Below, piece by piece: positions 47,377 through 56,233 of a DNA stretch of 64,000 nucleotides. The position numbers were made by a program, and so were the translations under genes. Source of the stretch: Dehalococcoidia bacterium (GTDB taxonomy: Bacteria; Chloroflexota; Dehalococcoidia; Plut-88900). The notes beneath the pieces are model-generated. The model was not told the origin of the DNA and did no database searches. It saw nothing but the letters and a program-made list of their open reading frames with translations. Every line of letters starts with the position of its first letter. Within the stretch, counting starts at the first letter, position 1. Where the stretch lies: contig CBDBLV010000005.1 of assembly GCA_965207225.1 (NCBI GenBank), positions 480,001-544,000 of the forward strand. The letters run 5' to 3'.

Positions 47377-48140
47377 CCTAGGTGCATCAAAGCAATTTTA
47401 GCACGCTTAGAGTCGTTTATTGGGGTTGTCGCTACTTCTACGTCTTCCAGTTCTATCTTTGCAATCTGCAAACTCTCTCGCAAAAGATCCCACCCCCTCT
47501 GGAAATCCATTGACCAATTCTTGGCGTCAACTGCCACTACAGTGCAATTGGACTTGATGTCCATCATTTTGCTGGTATGTATGATGATTTGCGTGTAGGC
47601 ACGAATGGCGTCGGAATAGTTGGACTGTGCTAGTACATGGCCAAATGTAACTATGTAATCCGACCCTTCCGGGCGATGTCGTCGAGTTGCACGCCACAGA
47701 GATTGGAGGTCGTAACAATAGTGCAAATCCGGGTAATCGAGTATGACCTTACTCAGGCGCCTCTTGATATCTGTGGCTAGGCGAATCACCTCGGGATTAT
47801 GATCGAATCCGTACATTTCCAAATTGTTAACTCCCGTGCCAGCCTCTTTGGCCCAATCCACTAATGCCCAAGAGAATTCGCCGGCGCCACAGCCAACGTC
47901 AATGTGCACATTGTGTCTGCTGCGTATTTTCAGTTGACGTAAAACCTCAGAATAGCGGCGATAACGGTAGTGTGGATGGCCATCAATACCTTCTCCGACG
48001 AAGGAGTCTGTATACTGCACCACCTCCCTGAAGCAAGCGTCTTTCGGCAATACGTGTGAGCGCATTTGAGAGGAGCGAGATATGCAAAGCTCTTTCATAA
48101 TCTCTCGTATCACGCCTTGATAGTGATCCTTAACTGACAC
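47373..48140 (-). CDS. Divergent class I SAM-dependent methyltransferase-like protein
   Basis: HIDVGCGAG (motif I), MYGFD (motif II); ATGA coupling to the AlkB gene. Confidence 0.65.
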   Translation of the reverse strand: MSVKDHYQGVIREIMKELCISRSSQMRSHVLPKDACFREVVQYTDSFVGEGIDGHPHYRYRRYSEVLRQLKIRSRHNVHIDVGCGAGEFSWALVDWAKEAGTGVNNLEMYGFDHNPEVIRLATDIKRRLSKVILDYPDLHYCYDLQSLWRATRRHRPEGSDYIVTFGHVLAQSNYSDAIRAYTQIIIHTSKMMDIKSNCTVVAVDAKNWSMDFQRGWDLLRESLQIAKIELEDVEVATTPINDSKRAKIALMHLG

Positions 48141-48322
48141 GTTTTCAAAACCTCCGGGTCCCTGTGCCTGACATGAGTAACTGTAGCTCTATAGCTCACT
48201 GGCCAGCAGTCATTTTATCAAGGCTATTCTAGCTCGGATTAAGTGGATGCTCTCTTAATCCGAGGGTGGCCCACCCCCGATACCCGTCACCCAACTCCCC
48301 CAAAACCCGTGCCAAAAACCCC

Positions 48323-48350
48323 TTGACTTCTATTACACCCGTGCTACACT
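48323..48350 (+). promoter_or_regulatory. Sigma70-type promoter with no clear downstream CDS
   Basis: TTGACT-N16-TACACT with extended -10 TG; A-tract upstream. Confidence 0.6.
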
Positions 48351-48356
48351 GTTTCG

Positions 48357-48845
48357 CAGTTCGAACTGATATTCAAAAATCCAAGGAGGAACCAAAAATC
48401 CAGGGAAGCCCTGAGACCCGACCCGAGAACTCAACCCCCCGGCCCACCCCAACGGCCCTCGCGCAGGCCCGAGGCACAAGCTGGGGACGTAATCCCCTCA
48501 ACACGGGTCCCGTGTCCCCTTCCCTGACCATCCAGGCGATGGAAGGTCCACAACATTAACCGGCACGGCCCTCATATAGGAGCCCTGCCGAAAAACCTCG
48601 GGCTATTACGCCCTTGGAAAAATCTCCCCCGTCGTTCCCTTCGGAGATACCCGTTAACCCAGCGACGGCAGCGAGAAAACACCCACCCACCCCTCCGAGT
48701 GGGTCGGGAAAACTGAAAAACTGGTGGCAGAGACGCCCTCAGGCGAGAACCCCTCGCTTGTCTGCCACGTGACACAGGAACACGGGGCTGAACCAGGCTG
48801 GCCTCCCGCCCCCTGAAACTGAGTCCCGGACCTTCCATCGCCGAC
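48357..48845 (+). ncRNA. Candidate large structured non-coding RNA (family not recognised)
   Basis: Perfect 15-bp long-range helix 48535-48549/48828-48842 and 8-bp helix 48401-48408/48519-48526, each enclosing several nested hairpins with A-rich linkers; upstream promoter. Confidence 0.6.
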
Positions 48846-48911
48846 CCCCTCCAAAACCCAACAGAAAAGAATGCAAACCCAAACCCCAAAACCGCATAAC
48901 TCCTCCCTCTT

Positions 48912-49032
48912 CCCTAGTATTGAACTAGAGGCAGAGGCTGGCGCTTCAGCGCCAGCCTCTGCCTCTGTTCTTCTCTCCCCCTCTCCCTTAAGGGCCCTAA
49001 GGGAGAGGGGGATCAAGGGGGAGAGGGTTCCC
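48912..49032 (+). repeat. Repeat A copy 3
   Basis: Perfect 18-bp stem 48927-48944/48949-48966, followed by the conserved second hairpin. Confidence 0.92.
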
Positions 49033-49198
49033 TTCCCGCCCCCGCACCACGCGAAATCTCCAGAAATCCCTTCAGGCGTCATTCAATCAAACCAGCTACG
49101 AGTTCAATCAATGTTCAATCAAATTTATCCCCCCCAAACCTCCCTTCCCGTTGGCATCGCCTCAACCCTTTGCCCGGCGCAGAGCGCCCCATTATTCC

Positions 49199-49373
49199 TT
49201 GACTTTTCCCCCTCCCTCTGGTACCTTTCCAACCGATGTGAATCCCCTGAAAGCGCACCCGTGCTTCAAGGGATTTTTTACTGTAGGCGGCAGTCCAACC
49301 ACATGGCGGACAGGGCCTGCCGCCGACAAAAACCTGACGGTTCACCACTGACGGTGGGGAAGGCTGGCGTAAC
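49199..49373 (+). promoter_or_regulatory. Promoter and structured 5' leader of the fbp operon
   Basis: TTGACT-N17-TACCTT with TG; hairpins 49241-49275 (followed by a T-run) and 49286-49324. Confidence 0.55.
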
Positions 49374-50552
49374 ATGAAACTGACCCTTTCAGTCATAAAG
49401 GCGGACGTGGGCTCCATCGGCGGGCACACTAAGCCCTCGGAGCGCATGATGGAAGCAGTCCGCTCCGACGTCCGACAGGCCAAGAGCAAGGGCCTCATCA
49501 TCGATGGATTCGTCTCCCACACGGGAGACGATATCGCGATACTCATGTCCCACACCCGTGGCCCTGACGACACCGATGTCCACCAGTTCGCCTGGGACAG
49601 CTTTATCGGTGCCACCGGCATCGCCCAGGACACCGGCCTATACGGCGCAGGCCAGGATCTCCTCGTCGACGCCCCATCCAGCAACGTCCGGGGTGCTGGC
49701 CCCGCCGTCGCCGAGCTTGAGTTTGAGCACGACCCCGTCAAGACCAACAAGGTCCGCCCCGCCGAGTCCTTCTGCGTCTTCGCCGCCGACAAGTGCGGCC
49801 CCGGTGCCTACAACCTCCCCATCTTCCTCGCCTTCGCCGACCCCATGTACTGCGCGGGCCTCATGCTCCCCAAGATGATCCAGGGCTTCAGGTTCCGCAT
49901 CATCGACATGGATAACGTCGGCGGTGACAGCATCATCGAGCTCAACGCCCCCGAGGACTACTACAAGATCGCCATCCTCCTCCGTGACAACGAGCGCTTC
50001 GCCATTGAGTCCATATATTCCAGGACCTTCGACGAGCCCGCCGTCGCCATTTCCGCCCAGCGACTCCACAACATCGCCGGAACATACACCGGCAAGGACG
50101 ACCCCGTGGCCATCGTCCGCAACCAGGGCGTATTCCCCGCCCCCGAGGAGATCCTCTCTCCCTTCGGCAAGGCTCACTTTGTCGGCGGCGACGCCCGCGG
50201 CTCCCACGTCATGCCCCTCATGCCCGTCGCCATAAACACCGCCGTCACCGGCATCTACTGTCTCCCCCTCGTCTCCTGCATGGGCTTCTCCATCGACTCC
50301 GACGGCCGCTTCTCCGAGTCCACCATCGACATGTTCGATAACGTTGCTTGGGACTCAGTCCGCTTCCGCGCCCAGGAGAAGGCCGCCGAGATGAGGTCCC
50401 AGGGCTGGTCCGGCGCTGCCATGCTCCCCTACACGGAGCTCGAATACAGCGGCTTCCGCACCGTCGTCGAAGATCTCGTCGGCCGATTCGCCATCCAGAA
50501 CGGCCAGAAGTCCGCCGAAGAGGCCGCGGCAACCATGAAGTCGGTGGGCTAG
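49374..50552 (+). CDS. fbp: Bifunctional fructose-1,6-bisphosphate aldolase/phosphatase (class V FBPase)
   Basis: SVIKADVGSIGGH, GDDI, LYGAGQDLL, YTGKDDPV, RGSH, MRSQG, ELEY. Confidence 0.95.
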   Translation: MKLTLSVIKADVGSIGGHTKPSERMMEAVRSDVRQAKSKGLIIDGFVSHTGDDIAILMSHTRGPDDTDVHQFAWDSFIGATGIAQDTGLYGAGQDLLVDAPSSNVRGAGPAVAELEFEHDPVKTNKVRPAESFCVFAADKCGPGAYNLPIFLAFADPMYCAGLMLPKMIQGFRFRIIDMDNVGGDSIIELNAPEDYYKIAILLRDNERFAIESIYSRTFDEPAVAISAQRLHNIAGTYTGKDDPVAIVRNQGVFPAPEEILSPFGKAHFVGGDARGSHVMPLMPVAINTAVTGIYCLPLVSCMGFSIDSDGRFSESTIDMFDNVAWDSVRFRAQEKAAEMRSQGWSGAAMLPYTELEYSGFRTVVEDLVGRFAIQNGQKSAEEAAATMKSVG

Positions 50553-50562
50553 GTACCCGGCC

Positions 50563-51162
50563 ATCCCTCCCAAGCTCCTGCTGGCCACCTCGAATCCCGG
50601 CAAGGTCCGGGAGTTGTGCCGGTTGCTCGCCGATGCCGACGTCACCGTCGTGACCCCCGCCGACTTGGGCATCTCCCTCGACGTCGATGAGACCGGCGAC
50701 ACTTACGAAGAGAACGCTGCCCTGAAGGCCGTCGCCTTCGCCCAGGCCTCCGGCCTCCCCTCCCTCGCCGATGATTCCGGCCTTGAGGTCGACGCCCTCT
50801 CCGGCGCCCCCGGCGTCCGCTCCGCCCGTTACTCAAGCACCGGCTTAGACAAGGACAACGTTGACCTCCTCCTGCACAACCTTACCGGCGTTCCCCACCG
50901 GAAACGCACCGCCCGTTTCGTCTGCGTCGTGGCCCTTGCCATCCCCTCCGGCGTCATCGAATACGCCCAGGGCAAATGTGAAGGTAAAATAGGCGAGGAA
51001 CGTCGAGGAGATGGGGGCTTCGGCTACGACCCCGTTTTCTTCCCCGAGGACCGACACCTCACCATGGCCCAGCTCCCACCCGAAGAAAAGAACTGCCTCA
51101 GTCACAGGGGAAGGGCTGTACGCAACGCTTTGTCCATCATTGAGCGTCTACTGAAGGATTAG
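50563..51162 (+). CDS. rdgB: RdgB/HAM1 non-canonical purine NTP pyrophosphatase (start codon atypical)
   Basis: [14 protein letters not shown] (upstream of the ORF-track start), [24 protein letters not shown]. Confidence 0.88.
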   Translation: MPPKLLLATSNPGKVRELCRLLADADVTVVTPADLGISLDVDETGDTYEENAALKAVAFAQASGLPSLADDSGLEVDALSGAPGVRSARYSSTGLDKDNVDLLLHNLTGVPHRKRTARFVCVVALAIPSGVIEYAQGKCEGKIGEERRGDGGFGYDPVFFPEDRHLTMAQLPPEEKNCLSHRGRAVRNALSIIERLLKD

Positions 51163-51175
51163 GGAAGGGGCAAAA

Positions 51176-51652
51176 ATGCAAGACCTCAGCCACATAGATG
51201 AGCAGGGCCGGGCCCGGATGGTCGATGTCGGTGCCAAGCCCGACACCCAACGCGAAGCCGTCGCCCGTGGCCTCGTCACCATGAAGCCCGAGACCCTCAA
51301 GCTCGTCGCCGAAGGAGGCATTTCTAAGGGCGAAGTCCTCTCCGTGGCTCGTATCGCCGGCATCATGGCCGCCAAGAACACCCCCCACCTCGTCCCCATG
51401 TGCCACCCCCTCCTCCTCACCCACGTCGAGGTAGATCTCCGACTGGACACCGAGATCAGTGCCATCGAAATTACCGCCACCGTCCGTACCACCGGCAAGA
51501 CCGGTGTTGAAATGGAAGCCCTCACCGCCGTCTCCGGCAGTGCCCTCACCATCTACGACATGTGCAAGGCCGTCGACAAAGCCATGCGCATCGAAAAAGT
51601 CCGGCTTATTCGCAAGACCGGTGGCAAGTCCGGCGACATAGTCCTCGAATAG
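51176..51652 (+). CDS. moaC: Cyclic pyranopterin monophosphate synthase
   Basis: [31 protein letters not shown]. Confidence 0.97.
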   Translation: MQDLSHIDEQGRARMVDVGAKPDTQREAVARGLVTMKPETLKLVAEGGISKGEVLSVARIAGIMAAKNTPHLVPMCHPLLLTHVEVDLRLDTEISAIEITATVRTTGKTGVEMEALTAVSGSALTIYDMCKAVDKAMRIEKVRLIRKTGGKSGDIVLE

Positions 51653-51760
51653 ACTTCTCCTATCCTTTCCCAGCCCCGAACGATATACTTATTGACACAC
51701 AATATGGTCGCGCCAGATCCATTCTCTCTCATGTCCTCCACCCAGGAGCAGAAATAGCTA

Positions 51761-53359
51761 ATGAAACGTCACTTCTTGAAGACTTCATGGGCTCTTTTCA
51801 TCGTCTTGGCAACTATTGGACTGGTCTTCGCCGTAGCCTGTGGCAGTGAAGAAGCTCCTACGACCGCCCCCGACCCCACCTCCCCACCCGATTCCGACAA
51901 CCGTGACCCCGAGGCCGACTTCTCCTGGCACCCCGGCGTCGTCCCCGAGGGCGATAACTACCAGACCACCTTCCACTTCATGGCCATGGCCTCCGACCCC
52001 GACGGCGATGACCTTGCCTACGAATGGACCTTCGCAGGCGGCCGCCCTCCGACCGCTTCCGGCGAAAACGTCCAGACATATTTCCCCGGTATCGCAGACT
52101 ACGATGTTACCCTGACCGTCACCGATGGCCGCGGCGGCGAGACCGTCGTCGCCCACGTCGTACCCTTGCAGAGGGGCGCTGCCCTCCCCACACCCGTCCC
52201 CGACGCCCCCACTACCGACCCCGACGCCCTGACCAAGTACACCTGGGAATACGTCGAGGTCGGAGAGGGTGCCAAGCCTGCCTTGGCCGTCGACAGTACG
52301 GGCCTTCCCGGCATCGCCTATATCGAAGAAGAGATCCACGGCAGGGTCCGCTACGGCGAATGGTACCCACCCGACGAATGGAACCCCGAATACTTTGGTT
52401 CCGCCGTCGTTGCGGAAGGCTACTTCTACGCCCCCCTGGACCTAGCCTACGGCCCCGACGACAGGGCCCACATCGTCTGGCACGACCACCAGGACCCTGA
52501 CACCTTCGTCCCCGAGCTGGGTGACGCCGCCTATGCTATCGAAGGGGAATTGGATTGGGAGGTGGATTATGCCTACAGTTCCGGCCACGACGGCTGGGAC
52601 GCCGCCATCGCCGTCGACTCCCAGGGCAACGTCCACATGATCGGCATCGACCCCCACAACTTCCTCCGTGAGGAAGGCGTAGAGCACTACTTCTACGATG
52701 GAGAGGAGTGGACCATCGAGTCCATAGGCTCCCCTCCCGTCCCCTATGAATGGGGTACCGGCCTTGTCCTCGACTCTCAGGACCGGCCCCACATCACCTT
52801 CCACGAGCCCTATTCCACAGACCTCTTCTACGCCACCAGGGGTGACGACGGCTGGGACATCTACACCGTGGAAAGCGAGGGTGATGTCGGCAAATACGCC
52901 TCCCTCGCCCTCGACCAAAACGACATGCCCGTTATCTCCTATCTGGAGCTCACCGGCCCCGAGAACGGCCTCAGCCACGGCAACATCAAGGTCGCCACGG
53001 CCACCGGCATGACCGATTCCGGCCCCGAGTGGGACATACAGCAGATCGGCCAGGTCGACGACCTCTTCATGGGCTTCCGGGGCGCGAGGCTCATAACCTC
53101 CATCGTCATCGACTCCGCCAACAAGCCCATCGTCGCCTACTCTGACCAGAGCACCATATACATCGCCTACATGGAAGGTACAACCTGGCAAAATGAGGTT
53201 ATACGCCACCGCGGCGAACTCCCATTTGGACAGCTGGTCAGCCTCGGAATAGACGCAGACGACACCCTCCACCTCGCCTTTACTGAGGTCACCCGCAGGG
53301 AATTCCCCGGTGTCTCAGGCATGGTCATGTACGCCCGGGGCACGGCCCAGGAGTTCTGA
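51761..53359 (+). CDS. Lipoprotein with PKD domain and beta-propeller-like repeats
   Basis: FAVAC lipobox; SDPDGDDLAYEWTF..YDVTLTVTDGRG (PKD); repeated LAVDSxGxPxIAY units. Confidence 0.85.
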   Translation: MKRHFLKTSWALFIVLATIGLVFAVACGSEEAPTTAPDPTSPPDSDNRDPEADFSWHPGVVPEGDNYQTTFHFMAMASDPDGDDLAYEWTFAGGRPPTASGENVQTYFPGIADYDVTLTVTDGRGGETVVAHVVPLQRGAALPTPVPDAPTTDPDALTKYTWEYVEVGEGAKPALAVDSTGLPGIAYIEEEIHGRVRYGEWYPPDEWNPEYFGSAVVAEGYFYAPLDLAYGPDDRAHIVWHDHQDPDTFVPELGDAAYAIEGELDWEVDYAYSSGHDGWDAAIAVDSQGNVHMIGIDPHNFLREEGVEHYFYDGEEWTIESIGSPPVPYEWGTGLVLDSQDRPHITFHEPYSTDLFYATRGDDGWDIYTVESEGDVGKYASLALDQNDMPVISYLELTGPENGLSHGNIKVATATGMTDSGPEWDIQQIGQVDDLFMGFRGARLITSIVIDSANKPIVAYSDQSTIYIAYMEGTTWQNEVIRHRGELPFGQLVSLGIDADDTLHLAFTEVTRREFPGVSGMVMYARGTAQEF

Positions 53360-53380
53360 CCCGCTTCCGGACGGTAGGGC

Positions 53381-53770
53381 CTACGTCCTGCCGGATCTCG
53401 CCAGCAGTTTGCTGACTTCCGACAGGGCGCTGTGTGCGTAGGAGATATACGTCAGGGTTGGTAGGTCCAGCTTCGTTAGCTTCTCCTCCCGCTCCATGTT
53501 CGTCGAAAACCCGAACGGCGAGGGGTTGAACCCTACTTCCAGCTCGTACAGTTCCCCATCCGGACACACCACCACGCAGCCCAGGTCCGATGACTGCCCC
53601 TCCGGTGGCTCCGCCTCTATCGCCCGCACCGTTAGGCTCCCGTAGAAGGTCGGAAAGGGGTCCAGCCGTGAGGCCGCCTCCTGAAGCAGCTCCTTCAGCC
53701 GGGCCGCAGCCTCCCCAAGCGTGGCGTCTGCCCGCTCCATGTAGCCGTCTGTTCGGGAGTTGCTAGCCAT
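53381..53770 (-). CDS. Hypothetical protein
   Basis: ATG 53770 with GAGG RBS; LDPFP and GCVVVCPDGELYEL segments look protein-like. Confidence 0.7.
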   Translation of the reverse strand: MASNSRTDGYMERADATLGEAAARLKELLQEAASRLDPFPTFYGSLTVRAIEAEPPEGQSSDLGCVVVCPDGELYELEVGFNPSPFGFSTNMEREEKLTKLDLPTLTYISYAHSALSEVSKLLARSGRT

Positions 53771-53900
53771 GGTCTCGCCCCTCTTCCGAGGAATTATATG
53801 GAGGCCCTTCAGGCGACACAAGGCGCAGGTGGTTTACCGACCCGACTTCTCGCTATAGAATGGGGGTGGCAGAACTTACAGATAGGACTGAGCGCCTGCT

Positions 53901-54281
53901 ATGGTAATTCGAAGACGAAACGGAGCCCGACCCACCGACTACATCAGCGATCTCCTCAGGGGAAGCACAGACTCCCTCCTCCTTGCCCTGGTCGGCGAGT
54001 CCCCCATGTACGGTTACAGCATCATCAAGGAGATCGAAAAACGCACAGAGGGGGAGCTTCGCTTCAAGGAGGGCACCCTCTACCCTGCCCTCCACCGCCT
54101 CGAAGAGGAAGGTCTTATTAAGGGTGAGTGGGTCTCCGTAAGGGGTATGGAGCGCCGCTACTACGCCCTTACCGAGCGCGGCGCCGAGGTCTTGGAAAAC
54201 CGCCGTAAACAGTGGCAGCAGTTCTCCAGCGCCGTAGACAGGATAATCAGCCCCTCCCCCACCCCTGACCCCACAGCCTGA
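53901..54281 (+). CDS. PadR family transcriptional regulator
   Basis: MYGYSIIKEI, EGTLYPALHRLEEEGLI, RRYYALTERG. Confidence 0.93.
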   Translation: MVIRRRNGARPTDYISDLLRGSTDSLLLALVGESPMYGYSIIKEIEKRTEGELRFKEGTLYPALHRLEEEGLIKGEWVSVRGMERRYYALTERGAEVLENRRKQWQQFSSAVDRIISPSPTPDPTA

Positions 54282-54294
54282 CGGTCTGTTTCTT

Positions 54295-55266
54295 ATGAGT
54301 CCCAATCCACAGCTGGATCAATATCTCGACGAGGTCAGGCGCCACCTCAACCTCGCCCCCGAACGCTCCAACCACATTATCAGGGAGCTCAGGTCCCACC
54401 TGTTGGAGCGCTCCGAGGAGGGAGAGACCTCCGGCCTGTCGCGCCAGGAGTCCATATCTCGCGCCATACACTCCTTCGGCAGGCCCAGGGCCCTCGCCCG
54501 GCTCCTCTACGAGTCCCATCGCAAGACCAGCCTCGCCGAAATGGGTGTAGCCGCCCTCCCCTATCTGTTGATCGCCATCCTCTTCGCCATGGGCGGCTGG
54601 TCCAGCTGGCTCTGGTCCCCTCTCCTTCTTCTGCCCATCGTAATGGTCACCCTCTACGGCTGGTGGCAGGGGAAGCCTAGCTGGCTCTATCCTTGGGCGG
54701 GCTGGTCCCTCGTGCCCCTGGCCCTGGGCGCCTACCTCGCTGCACCCATCTTCCACCAGATGTACCAGGCCCTTGCAGGCACAGGCCCCGCCCCCGATCC
54801 CTTGGCCCTGTCGGGTCTCCTTCTCTATTTAGCCTTCTCTTCCTGGATCCTTGGCTCCACCACATTCAAGGTCGCAAAGCGGAACTGGACCCTCGCTTCC
54901 TTGATGCTGTTGCCTATTCCCGTCATGATTACCTGGCTCGTCGTTCAGGAACGTGCCGGTGGCCTCTTCGGTGGCCGCACCGACTCCCTCCACCACCTCG
55001 ACGGCACCATATCCCTCGTCAATGTCACCCTCGCCTTTGCTACCGTCGGCTTCCTCTATTTGAGAGAGAGCAAACTCAAGATATTCGGCCTCATGGCCGT
55101 GACCTTCTTTGCCGTGACCGTCATCCTCCGGGCTGCCCAGGCCGACATCGAGTTGACCTCCATGGCCGTCCTCGCCGCCGTCGTTTCGGCGTTGCTCCTT
55201 ACCCCCGCCATCATTGAGTCCGCCGCTGACATGATCGAGACCCGCCGCCGCGCCCGCGCCGGTTGA
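54295..55266 (+). CDS. Membrane protein with N-terminal HAAS/permease-prefix domain (PadR partner)
   Basis: YLDEVRRHL..ELRSHL..AIHSFGRPRALA followed by ~8 TM segments. Confidence 0.85.
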   Translation: MSPNPQLDQYLDEVRRHLNLAPERSNHIIRELRSHLLERSEEGETSGLSRQESISRAIHSFGRPRALARLLYESHRKTSLAEMGVAALPYLLIAILFAMGGWSSWLWSPLLLLPIVMVTLYGWWQGKPSWLYPWAGWSLVPLALGAYLAAPIFHQMYQALAGTGPAPDPLALSGLLLYLAFSSWILGSTTFKVAKRNWTLASLMLLPIPVMITWLVVQERAGGLFGGRTDSLHHLDGTISLVNVTLAFATVGFLYLRESKLKIFGLMAVTFFAVTVILRAAQADIELTSMAVLAAVVSALLLTPAIIESAADMIETRRRARAG

Positions 55267-55295
55267 TTCCCCTCTTAACGTAACTCCACTTCCCC

Positions 55296-56045
55296 ATGAC
55301 TCTCGATTTCCACAGCGGCGACCCTGACAACCCTACCGGCCACGCCCTCCTCTTCTTCACCAACACTGAAGACGCCGGTTCCATCTATGCCACCTACCTC
55401 GTCGTGCCTCCCATCAAGATAGAGCTTGCCAAGTACATGCCCCCCATGTTCGCTTCCAACGTCTCCCTCTCCGATATGGATAGCGTATCCGCCATACCCC
55501 TCCCTCCCGTCCCCGAGCGCGTGGAGAGCCTTTCCTACCTGGAAGCCCTCGCCGCCTCCCGCGACGATGATCTGATCAACGGCGGCGCCGTCAACGCCTC
55601 TGAAGTCGAAAGAATGCTCCTCACCACCAGCGAGGCCGCCCAGGACTACCTGCGGCTCTATAACAGCCGTCCCCCCATCCCTGAATCCCTCGCCGAACTC
55701 GAGCCCCCCTCTTCCGAAGGCGACGTGGACGACCTGCTCATCCCTCTCATGTCCGACAAGGACAAGCTCGGAGAGCTTTCCAGGCTGACGGGTTCCATGC
55801 GCTACGCCATCGAAGGCAACGACCAGTCCTCCGCCGACCAGCTCCGTTCCCGCATGGAGGCCCTCGGCCGCCACCTCGACGAAAAGTTCCGCATACAGGA
55901 GCTCATAAAGGCGGCCCTTACGCCCGGCATCCTCGCCGGCCGACTCTCAGCCCTCTACACCGAGCGCTGCTACCGCCTCTGCGAAGAAGACTATTTGGAA
56001 GTCGCCCGCATCGAAGGTGAAATCGACCGCCTCCAACAACCCTGA
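55296..56045 (+). CDS. Hypothetical protein with C-terminal UVR-like helix pair
   Basis: 249-aa ORF with host-like codon use; ends EEDYLEVARIEGEIDRL. Confidence 0.75.
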   Translation: MTLDFHSGDPDNPTGHALLFFTNTEDAGSIYATYLVVPPIKIELAKYMPPMFASNVSLSDMDSVSAIPLPPVPERVESLSYLEALAASRDDDLINGGAVNASEVERMLLTTSEAAQDYLRLYNSRPPIPESLAELEPPSSEGDVDDLLIPLMSDKDKLGELSRLTGSMRYAIEGNDQSSADQLRSRMEALGRHLDEKFRIQELIKAALTPGILAGRLSALYTERCYRLCEEDYLEVARIEGEIDRLQQP

Positions 56046-56079
56046 CCCCATCCCCTCCTTCCATCTCACCCTTCCTTCC

Positions 56080-56105
56080 CATTCCGATGCCCCACGAGGA
56101 ATCTG
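56080..56105 (+). repeat. Repeat B copy 4
   Basis: CATTCCGATGCCCCACGAGGAATCTG. Confidence 0.78.
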
Positions 56106-56233
56106 GGGCGGGGCTCCTGAACGGATAGCTCATCCAACCTGGACCTCCGCCACAACTCAGGAAACCTCGCAAAGTCCTCTGAGGGCGCGCAGACATCCGG
56201 TACCAAATACTCGGGAAAAAGACCCGACCCCGC

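Noticed and set aside
48724-48830. Group I intron core (GCAGAGAC ... GAGTCC resemble R/S motifs)
   Set aside because: P7 pairing would be poor, those bases fit other helices better, and no interrupted host gene is visible; cmscan should still be run.
48535-48842. Retron msr-msd (long terminal inverted repeat)
   Set aside because: No reverse transcriptase gene in the window; cannot be supported.
6724-49032. Repeat A as a CRISPR-like repeat/spacer unit
   Set aside because: Copies are kilobases apart, the variable part is itself palindromic, and no cas genes are present.
48266-49377. Short ORFs 48266-48559, 48572-48889, 48654-49082 and 48871-49377 as proteins
   Set aside because: Low complexity, cross promoters or repeat A, and show no recognisable motifs or host-like codon pattern.
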